Assembly: GCA_964057225.1 (NCBI GenBank)
Contig: OZ059896.1
Span: forward strand, 21,266,001-21,330,000
Source: Auanema rhodensis
Lineage: Eukaryota > Animalia > Nematoda
DNA: 64,000 bases
Direction of reading: 5' to 3'
Shown here: positions 53,201 through 64,000 of the stretch, piece by piece
How the letters are laid out: each line of letters begins with the position of its first letter
Numbering within the stretch: the first letter of the stretch is position 1
Made by a program: the position numbers and the translations under genes
Notes under the pieces: model-generated
Told to the model about the DNA's origin: nothing
Seen by the model: the letters and a program-made list of their open reading frames with translations, nothing else
Databases searched by the model: none

Positions 53201-56200
53201 TGAAAAATGATGCCTTAGTGTATGTTGAGTTTCCATGTACACTCAACATTGCTTCCAAAAACATTTTGACAAAAATTTTTTCGAAAAATTTCAAAATAAT
53301 TTAGCAAAAAGTAGATGTTTTTAGATTCCTTTTTTCAAGGCAAAGACGATGGACAATGTTATTCAACGAAAAAATTAATTCTTCAGGGTGAAAATCGAGG
53401 ATATAAGTGTGAACTTATATCAGTTGATATCTCGGTGCATTTTTAAGCTAGCGCAAATCTGATAACACAGATCGACGCAGCTTAAAAATCCGCATCGAAT
53501 GCACTATACTACTTTGAGAAACGCTTAATACAAAAATTAGTTATGATCGTTTGAAAAATGATGCATTAGTGTATGTTGAGTTTCCATGTACACTCAACAT
53601 TGCTTCCAAAAACATTTTGACAAAAATTTTTTCGAAAAATTTCAAAATAATTTAGCAAAAAGTAGATGTTTTTAGATTCCTTTTTTCAAGGCAAAGACGA
53701 TGAACAATGTTATTCAACGAAAAAATTAATTCTTCAGGGTGAAAATCGAGGATATAAGTGTGAACTTATATCAGTTGATATCTCGGTGCATTTTTAAGCT
53801 AGCGCAAATCTGATAACACAGATCGACGCAGCTTGAAAATCCGCATCGAATGTACTATACTACATTGAGAAACGCTTAATACAAAAATTAGTTATGATCG
53901 TTTGAAAAATGATGCCTTAGTGTATGTTGAGTTTCCATGTACACTCAACATTGCTTCCAAAAACATTTTGACAAAAATTTTTTCGAAAAATTTCAAAATA
54001 ATTTAGCAAAAAGTAGATGTTTTTAGATTCCTTTTTTCAAGGCAAAGACGATGGACAATGTTATTCAACGAAAAAATTAATTCTTCAGGGTGAAAATCGA
54101 GGATATAAGTGTGAACTTATATCAGTTGATATCTCGGTGCATTTTTAAGCTAGCGCAAATCTGATAACACAGATCGACGCAGCTTAAAAATCCGCATCGA
54201 ATGCACTATACTACTTTGAGAAACGCTTAATACAAAAATTAGTTATGATCGTTTGAAAAATGATGCATTAGTGTATGTTGAGTTTCCATGTACACTCAAC
54301 ATTGCTTCCAAAAACATTTTGACAAAAATTTTTTCGAAAAATTTCAAAATAATTTAGCAAAAAGTAGATGTTTTTAGATTCCTTTTTTCAAGGCAAAGAC
54401 GATGAACAATGTTATTCAACGAAAAAATTAATTCTTCAGGGTGAAAATCGAGGATATAAGTGTGAACTTATATCAGTTGATATCTCGGTGCATTTTTAAG
54501 CTAGCGCAAATCTGATAACACAGATCGACGCAGCTTGAAAATCCGCATCGAATGTACTATACTACATTGAGAAACGCTTAATACAAAAATTAGTTATGAT
54601 CGTTTGAAAAATGATGCCTTAGTGTATGTTGAGTTTCCATGTACACTCAACATTGCTTCCAAAAACATTTTGACAAAAATTTTTTCGAAAAATTTCAAAA
54701 TAATTTAGCAAAAAGTAGATGTTTTTAGATTCCTTTTTTCAAGGCAAAGACGATGGACAATGTTATTCAACGAAAAAATTAATTCTTCAGGGTGAAAATC
54801 GAGGATATAAGTGTGAACTTATATCAGTTGATATCTCGGTGCATTTTTAAGCTAGCGCAAATCTGATAACACAGATCGACGCAGCTTAAAAATCCGCATC
54901 GAATGTACTATACTACATTGAGAAACGCTTAATACAAAAATTAGTTATGATCGTTTGAAAAATGATGCCTTAGTGTATGTTGAGTTTCCATGTACACTCA
55001 ACATTGCTTCCAAAAACATTTTGACAAAAATTTTTTCGAAAAATTTCAAAATAATTTAGCAAAAAGTAGATGTTTTTAGATTCCTTTTTTCAAGGCAAAG
55101 ACGATGGACAATGTTATTCAACGAAAAAATTAATTCTTCAGGGTGAAAATCGAGGATATAAGTGTGAACTTATATCAGTTGATATCTCGGTGCATTTTTA
55201 AGCTAGCGCAAATCTGATAACACAGATCGACGCAGCTTAAAAATCCGCATCGAATGCACTATACTACTTTGAGAAACGCTTAATACAAAAATTAGTTATG
55301 ATCGTTTGAAAAATGATGCATTAGTGTATGTTGAGTTTCCATGTACACTCAACATTGCTTCCAAAAACATTTTGACAAAAATTTTTTCGAAAAATTTCAA
55401 AATAATTTAGCAAAAAGTAGATGTTTTTAGATTCCTTTTTTCAAGCCAAAGACGATGGACAATGTTATTCAACGAAAAAATTAATTCTTCAGGGTGAAAA
55501 TCGAGGATATAAGTGTGAACTTATATCAGTTGATATCTCGGTGCATTTTTAAGCTAGCGCAAATCTGATAACACAGATCGACGCAGCTTGAAAATCCGCA
55601 TCGAATGTACTATACTACATTGAGAAACGCTTAATACAAAAAATAGTTATGATCGTTTGAAAAATGATGCATTAGTGTATGTTGAGTTTCCATGTACACT
55701 CAACATTGCTTCCAAAAACATTTTGACAAAAATTTTTTCGAAAAATTTCAGAATAATTTAGCAAAAAGTAGATGTTTTTAGATTCCTTTTTTCAAGGCAA
55801 AGACGATGGACAATGTTATTCAACGAAAAAATTAATTCTTCAGGGTGAAAATCGAGGATATAAGTGTGAACTTATATCAGTTGATATCTCGGTGCATTTT
55901 TAAGCTAGCGCAAATCTGATAACACAGATCGACGCAGCTTGAAAATCCGCATCGAATGTACTATACTACATTGAGAAACGCTTAATACAAAAAATAGTTA
56001 TGATCGTTTGAAAAATGATGCATTAGTGTATGTTGAGTTTCCATGTACACTCAACATTGCTTCCAAAAACATTTTGACAAAAATTTTTTCGAAAAATTTC
56101 AGAATAATTTAGCAAAAAGTAGATGTTTTTAGATTCCTTTTTTCAAGGCAAAGACGATGGACAATGTTATTCAACAAAAAAACTTATTCTTCAGGGTGAA

Positions 56201-59200
56201 AATCGAGGATATAAGTGTGCACTTATATCAGTTGATATCTCGGTGCATTTTTAAGCTAGCGCAAATCTGATAACACAGATCGACGCAGCTTAAAAATCCG
56301 CATCGAATGCACTATACTACATTGAGAAACGCTTAATACAAAAAATAGTTATGATCGTTTGAAAAATGATGCATTAGTGTATGTTGAGTTTCCATGTACA
56401 CTCAACATTGCTTCCAAAAACATTTTGACAAAAATTTTTTCGAAAAATTTCAAAATAATTTAGCAAAAAGTAGATGTTTTTAGATTCCTTTTTTCAAGGC
56501 AAAGACGATGAACAATGTTATTCAACGAAAAAATTAATTCTTCAGGGTGAAAATCGAGGATATAAGTGTGAACTTATATCAGTTGATATCTCGGTGCATT
56601 TTTAAGCTAGCGCAAATCTGATAACACAGATCGACGCAGCTTGAAAATCCGCCCCGAATGTACTATACTATATTGAGAAACGCTTAATACAAAAATTAGT
56701 TATGATCGTTTGAAAAATGATGCCTTAGTGTATGTTGAGTTTCCATGTACACTCAACATTGCTTCCAAAAACATTTTGACAAAAATTTTTTCGAAAAATT
56801 TCGAAATAATTTAGCAAAAAGTAGATGTTTTTAGATTCCTTTTTTCAAGGCAAAGACGATGAACAATGTTATTCAACGAAAAAATTAATTCTTCAGGGTG
56901 AAAATCGAGGATATAAGTGTGAACTTATATCAGTTGATATCTCGGTGCATTTTTAAGCTAGCGCAAATCTGATAACACAGATCGACGCAGCTTAAAAATC
57001 CGCATCGAATGCACTATACTACTTTGAGAAACGCTTAATACAAAAATTAGTTATGATCGTTTGAAAAATGATGCATTAGTGTATGTTGAGTTTCCATGTA
57101 CACTCAACATTGCTTCCAAAAACATTTTGACAAAAATTTTTTCGAAAAATTTCAGAATAATTTAGCAAAAAGTAGATGTTTTTAGATTCCTTTTTTCAAG
57201 GCAAAGACGATGGACAATGTTATTCAACGAAAAAATTAATTCTTCAGGGTGAAAATCGAGGATATAAGTGTGAACTTATATCAGTTGATATCTCGGTGCA
57301 TTTTTAAGCTAGCGCAAATCTGATAACACAGATCGACGCAGCTTGAAAATCCGCATCGAATGTACTATACTACATTGAGAAACGCTTAATACAAAAAATA
57401 GTTATGATCGTTTGAAAAATGATGCATTAGTGTATGTTGAGTTTCCATGTACACTCAACATTGCTTCCAAAAACATTTTGACAAAAATTTTTTCGAAAAA
57501 TTTCAGAATAATTTAGCAAAAAGTAGATGTTTTTAGATTCCTTTTTTCAAGGCAAAGACGATGGACAATGTTATTCAACAAAAAAACTTATTCTTCAGGG
57601 TGAAAATCGAGGATATAAGTGTGCACTTATATCAGTTGATATCTCGGTGCATTTTTAAGCTAGCGCAAATCTGATAACACAGATCGACGCAGCTTAAAAA
57701 TCCGCATCGAATGCACTATACTACATTGAGAAACGCTTAATACGAAAAATAGTTATGATCGTTTGAAAAATGATGCATTAGTGTATGTTGAGTTTCCATG
57801 TACACTCAACATTGCTTCCAAAAACATTTTGACAAAAATTTTTTCGAAAAATTTCAAAATAATTTAGCAAAAAGTAGATGTTTTTAGATTCCTTTTTTCA
57901 AGGCAAAGACGATGAACAATGTTATTCAACGAAAAAATTAATTCTTCAGGGTGAAAATCGAGGATATAAGTGTGAACTTATATCAGTTGATATCTCGGTG
58001 CATTTTTAAGCTAGCGCAAATCTGATAACACAGATCGACGCAGCTTGAAAATCCGCATCGAATGTACTATACTATATTGAGAAACGCTTAATACAAAAAT
58101 TAGTTATGATCGTTTGAAAAATGATGCCTTAGTGTATGTTGAGTTTCCATGTACACTCAACATTGCTTCCAAAAACATTTTGACAAAAATTTTTTCGAAA
58201 AATTTCGAAATAATTTAGCAAAAAGTAGATGTTTTTAGATTCCTTTTTTCAAGGCAAAGACGATGAACAATGTTATTCAACGAAAAAATTAATTCTTCAG
58301 GGTGAAAATCGAGGATATAAGTGTGAACTTATATCAGTTGATATCTCGGTGCATTTTTAAGCTAGCGCAAATCTGATAACACAGATCGACGCAGCTTAAA
58401 AATCCGCATCGAATGCACTATACTACTTTGAGAAACGCTTAATACAAAAATTAGTTATGATCGTTTGAAAAATGATGCATTAGTGTATGTTGAGTTTTCA
58501 TGTACACTCAACATTGCTTCCAAAAACATTTTGACAAAAATTTTTTCGAAAAATTTCAAAATAATTCAGCAAAAAGTAGATGTTTTTAGATTCCTTTTTT
58601 CAAGGCAAAGACGATGGACAATGTTATTCAACAAAAAAATTAATTCTTCAGGGTGAAAATCGAGGATATAAGTGTGAACTTATATCAGTTGATATCTCGG
58701 TGCATTTTTAAGCTAGCGCAAATCTGATAACACAGATCGACGCAGCTTGAAAATCCGCATCGAATGTACTATACTACATTGAGAAACGCTTAATACAAAA
58801 AATAGTTATGATCGTTTGAAAAATGATGCATTAGTGTATGTTGAGTTTCCATGTACACTCAACATTGCTTCCAAAAACATTTTGACAAAAATTTTTTCGA
58901 AAAATTTCAGAATAATTTAGCAAAAAGTAGATGTTTTTAGATTCCTTTTTTCAAGGCAAAGACGATGGACAATGTTATTCAACAAAAAAACTTATTCTTC
59001 AGGGTGAAAATCGAGGATATAAGTGTGCACTTATATCAGTTGATATCTCGGTGCATTTTTAAGCTAGCGCAAATCTGATAACACAGATCGACGCAGCTTA
59101 AAAATCCGCATCGAATGCACTATACTACATTGAGAAACGCTTAATACAAAAAATAGTTATGATCGTTTGAAAAATGATGCATTAGTGTATGTTGAGTTTC

Positions 59201-62200
59201 CATGTACACTCAACATTGCTTCCAAAAACATTTTGACAAAAATTTTTTCGAAAAATTTCAAAATAATTTAGCAAAAAGTAGATGTTTTTAGATTCCTTTT
59301 TTCAAGGCAAAGACGATGAACAATGTTATTCAACGAAAAAATTAATTCTTCAGGGTGAAAATCGAGGATATAAGTGTGAACTTATATCAGTTGATATCTC
59401 GGTGCATTTTTAAGCTAGCGCAAATCTGATAACACAGATCGACGCAGCTTAAAAATCCGCATCGAATGCACTATACTACTTTGAGAAACGCTTAATACAA
59501 AAAATAGTTATGATCGTTTGAAAAATGATGCATTAGTGTATGTTGAGTTTCCATGTACACTCAACATTGCTTCCAAAAACATTTTGACAAAAATTTTTTC
59601 GAAAAATTTCAAAATAATTTAGCAAAAAGTAGATGTTTTTAGATTCCTTTTTTCAAGGCAAAGACGATGAACAATGTTATTCAACGAAAAAATTAATTCT
59701 TCAGGGTGAAAATCGAGGATATAAGTGTGAACTTATATCAGTTGATATCTCGGTGCATTTTTAAGCTAGCGCAAATCTGATAACACAGATCGACGCAGCT
59801 TAAAAATCCGCATCGAATGCACTATACTACTTTGAGAAACGCTTAATACAAAAAATAGTTATGATCGTTTGAAAAATGATGCATTAGTGTATGTTGAGTT
59901 TCCATGTACACTCAACATTGCTTCCAAAAACATTTTGACAAAAATTTTTTCGAAAAATTTCAAAATAATTTAGCAAAAAGTAGATGTTTTTAGATTCCTT
60001 TTTTCAAGGCAAAGACGATGAACAATGTTATTCAACGAAAAAATTAATTCTTCAGGGTGAAAATCGAGGATATAAGTGTGAACTTATATCAGTTGATATC
60101 TCGGTGCATTTTTAAGCTAGCGCAAATCTGATAACACAGATCGACGCAGCTTAAAAATCCGCATCGAATGCACTATACTACTTTGAGAAACGCTTGATAC
60201 AAAAATTAGTTATGATCGTTTGAAAAATGATGCATTAGTGTATGTTGAGTTTCCATGTACACTCAACATTGCTTCCAAAAACATTTTGACAAAAATTTTT
60301 TCGAAAAATTTCAAAATAATTTAGCAAAAAGTAGATGTTTTTAGATTCCTTTTTTCAAGGCAAAGACGATGAACAATGTTATTCAACGAAAAAATTAATT
60401 CTTCAGGGTGAAAATCGAGGATATAAGTGTGAACTTATATCAGTTGATATCTCGGTGCATTTTTAAGCTAGCGCAAATCTGATAACACAGATCGACGCAG
60501 CTTGAAAATCCGCATCGAATGTACTATACTACATTGAGAAACGCTTAATACAAAAATTAGTTATGATCGTTTGAAAAATGATGCATTAGTGTATGTTGAG
60601 TTTCCATGTACACTCAACATTGCTTCCAAAAACATTTTGACAAAAATTTTTTCGAAAAATTTCAAAATAATTTAGCAAAAAGTAGATGTTTTTAGATTCC
60701 TTTTTTCAAGGCAAAGACGATGGACAATGTTATTCAACGAAAAAATTAATTCTTCAGGGTGAAAATCGAGGATATAAGTGTGAACTTATATCAGTTGATA
60801 TCTCGGTGCATTTTTAAGCTAGCGCAAATCTGATAACACAGATCGACGCAGCTTAAAAATCCGCATCGAATGCACTATACTACTTTGAGAAACGCTTAAT
60901 ACAAAAATTAGTTATGATCGTTTGAAAAATGATGCCTTAGTGTATGTTGAGTTTCCATGTACACTCAACATTGCTTCCAAAAACATTTTGACAAAAATTT
61001 TTTCGAAAAATTTCAAAATAATTTAGCAAAAAGTAGATGTTTTTAGATTCCTTTTTTCAAGGCAAAGACGATGGACAATGTTATTCAACGAAAAAATTAA
61101 TTCTTCAGGGTGAAAATCGAGGATATAAGTGTGAACTTATATCAGTTGATATCTCGGTGCATTTTTAAGCTAGCGCAAATCTGATAACACAGATCGACGC
61201 AGCTTAAAAATCCGCATCGAATGCACTATACTACTTTGAGAAACGCTTAATACAAAAATTAGTTATGATCGTTTGAAAAATGATGCATTAGTGTATGTTG
61301 AGTTTTCATGTACACTCAACATTGCTTCCAAAAACATTTTGACAAAAATTTTTTCGAAAAATTTCAAAATAATTTAGCAAAAAGTAGATGTTTTTAGATT
61401 CCTTTTTTCAAGGCAAAGACGATGGACAATGTTATTCAACGAAAAAATTAATTCTTCAGGGTGAAAATCGAGGATATAAGTGTGAACTTATATCAGTTGA
61501 TATCTCGGTGCATTTTTAAGCTAGCGCAAATCTGATAACACAGATCGACGCAGCTTGAAAATCCGCATCGAATGTACTATACTACATTGAGAAACGCTTA
61601 ATACAAAAAATAGTTATGATCGTTTGAAAAATGATGCATTAGTGTATGTTGAGTTTCCATGTACACTCAACATTGCTTCCAAAAACATTTTGACAAAAAT
61701 TTTTTCGAAAAATTTCAGAATAATTTAGCAAAAAGTAGATGTTTTTAGATTCCTTTTTTCAAGGCAAAGACGATGGACAATGTTATTCAACAAAAAAACT
61801 TATTCTTCAGGGTGAAAATCGAGGATATAAGTGTGCACTTATATCAGTTGATATCTCGGTGCATTTTTAAGCTAGCGCAAATCTGATAACACAGATCGAC
61901 GCAGCTTAAAAATCCGCATCGAATGCACTATACTACATTGAGAAACGCTTAATACAAAAAATAGTTATGATCGTTTGAAAAATGATGCATTAGTGTATGT
62001 TGAGTTTCCATGTACACTCAACATTGCTTCCAAAAACATTTTGACAAAAATTTTTTCGAAAATTTTCAAAATAATTTAGCAAAAAGTAGATGTTTTTAGA
62101 TTCCTTTTTTTAAAGCAAAGACGATGGACGATGTTATTCAACGAAAAAATTAATTCTTCAGGGTGAAAATCGAGGATATAAGTGTGAACTTATATCAGTT

Positions 62201-64000
62201 GATATCTCGGTGCATTTTTAAGCTAGCGCAAATCTGATAACACAGATCGACGCAGCTTAAAAATCCGCATCGAATGCACTATACCACATTGAGAAACGCT
62301 TAATACAAAAATTAGTTATGATCGTTTGAAAAATGATGCATTAGTGTATGTTGAGTTTCCATGTACACTCAACATTGCTTCCAAAAACATTTTGACAAAA
62401 ATTTTTTCGAAAAATTTCAAAATAATTTAGCAAAAAGTAGATGTTTTTAGATTCCTTTTTTTAAGGCAAAGACGATGGACGATGTTATTCAACGAAAAAA
62501 TTAATTCTTCAGGGTGAAAATCGAGGATATAAGTGTGCACTTATATCAGTTGATATCTCGGTGCATTTTTAAGCTAGCGCAAATCTGATAACACAGATCG
62601 ACGCAGCTTCAAAATCCGCATCGAATGCACTATACTACATTGAGAAACGCTTAATACAAAAAATAGTTATGATCGTTTGAAAAATGATGCATTAGTGTAT
62701 GTTGAGTTTCCATGTACACTCAACATTGCTTCCAAAAACATTTTGACAAAAATTTTTTCGAAAATTTTCAAAATAATTTAGCAAAAAGTAGATGTTTTTA
62801 GATTCCTTTTTTCAAGGCAAAGACGATGAACAATGTTATTCAACGAAAAAATCAATTCTTCAGGGTGAAAATCGAGGATATAAGTGTGAACTTATATCAG
62901 TTGATATCTCGGTGCATTTTTAAGCTAGCGCAAATCTGATAACACAGATCGACGCAGCTTGAAAATCCGCATCGAATGTACTATACTACATTGAGAAACG
63001 CTTAATACAAAAATTAGTTATGATCGTTTGAAAAATGATGCCTTAGTGTATGTTGAGTTTCCATGTACACTCAACATTGCTTCCAAAAACATTTTGACAA
63101 AAATTTTTTCGAAAAATTTCAAAATAATTTAGCAAAAAGTAGATGTTTTTAGATTCCTTTTTTCAAGGCAAAGACGATGGACAATGTTATTCAACGAAAA
63201 AATTAATTCTTCAGGGTGAAAATCGAGGGTATAAGTGTGAACTTATATCAGTTGATATCTCGGTGCATTTTTAAGCTAGCGCAAATCTGATAACACAGAT
63301 CGACGCAGCTCAAAAATCCGCATCGAATGCACTATACTACATTGAGAAACGCTTAATACAAAAGTTAGTTATGATCGTTTGAAAATTGATGCATTAGTGT
63401 ATGTTGAGTTTCCATGTACACTCAACATTGCTTCCAAAAACATTTTGACAAAAATTTTTTCGAAAAATTTCAAAATAATTTAGCAAAAAGTAGATGTTTT
63501 TAGATTCCTTTTTTCAAGGCAAAGACGATGGACAATGTTATTCAACAAAAAAATTAATTCTTCAGGGTGAAAATCGAGGATATAAGTGTGCACTTATTTC
63601 AGTTGATATCTCGGTGCATTTTTAAGCTAGCGCAAATCTGATAACACAGATCGACGCAGCTTAAAAATCCGCATCGAATGCACTATACTACATTGAGAAA
63701 CGCTCAATACAAAAATTAGTTATGATCGTTTGAAAAATGATGCCTTAGTGTATGTTGAGTTTCCATGTACACTCAACATTGCTTCCAAAAACATTTTGAC
63801 AAAAATTTTTTCGAAAAATTTCAAAATAATTTAGCAAAAAGTAGATGTTTTTAGATTCCTTTTTTCAAGGCAAAGACGATGGACAATGTTATTCAACGAA
63901 AAAATTAATTCTTCAGGGTGAAAATCGAGGATATAAGTGTGCACTTATATCAGTTGATATCTTGGTGCATTTTCAAGCTAGCGCAAATCTGTTAACACAG
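44242..64000. repeat. Satellite subfamily/domain B, second block, more diverged in the last 2 kb
   Basis: Same diagnostic alleles as 27744-42484. Many private substitutions appear after about 62.0 kb. Confidence 0.88.

Larger units (their letters stand above)
1..64000. repeat. Tandem satellite DNA array, 351-bp monomer, about 182.3 head-to-tail copies in one orientation, continuing past both window edges
   Basis: The motif gaaaaaatt..ttcttcagggtgaaaatcgagg recurs at 1, 352, 703 and so on up to 63898. 63897 = 182x351 + 15, which matches 17 observed +1 monomers and 2 observed -1 monomers (about 14400 and 39947). Copies differ by only a few substitutions each. Confidence 0.99.

Noticed and set aside
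1-64000. CRISPR array or repeat-spacer system
   Set aside because: There are no unique spacers, the whole 351-bp unit is repeated, and no cas or other genes are present.
1-64000. Tandem 5S rRNA, tRNA, snRNA or spliced-leader gene array
   Set aside because: The unit size is compatible, but I found no recognisable 5S, cloverleaf, U-snRNA or SL leader sequence on either strand. An Infernal/Rfam scan of a dimer would be decisive.
1-64000. Rolling-circle or sequencing concatemer artefact
   Set aside because: Variants are shared, linked and hierarchically ordered with almost no random indels. That fits an evolved genomic array rather than repeated reads of one circle.

Overview
The whole 64 kb window is one uninterrupted, head-to-tail tandem satellite DNA array. 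The monomer is AT-rich (about 31% GC by hand count) and 351 bp long. There are 182 complete monomers plus a 103-bp partial one: monomer starts run from 1, 352, 703 to 63898. The extra 15 bp over 182x351 equals the 17 monomers with a +1 variant minus the 2 monomers with a -1 deletion. I saw no unique sequence, inversion, transposon insertion, RNA gene, CRISPR spacer or credible protein-coding gene; the five ORFs are chance read-throughs of the repeat. This looks like eukaryotic (peri)centromeric or heterochromatic satellite, probably from an invertebrate with little CpG methylation, but I cannot name the family or the organism. The useful structure is in the variants. Subfamily A covers about 1-27.7 kb and subfamily B about 27.7-64 kb. 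B shows emerging dimer and tetramer higher-order repeats. A five-monomer A-type island at 42.5-44.2 kb reveals a 17.5-20 kb macro-duplication. There are nested 1- to 13-monomer duplications, one probable gene-conversion tract, a monomer rich in dyad symmetries, and rising divergence in the last 2 kb. I found no evidence for a new gene-based system. All alignments were done by eye.
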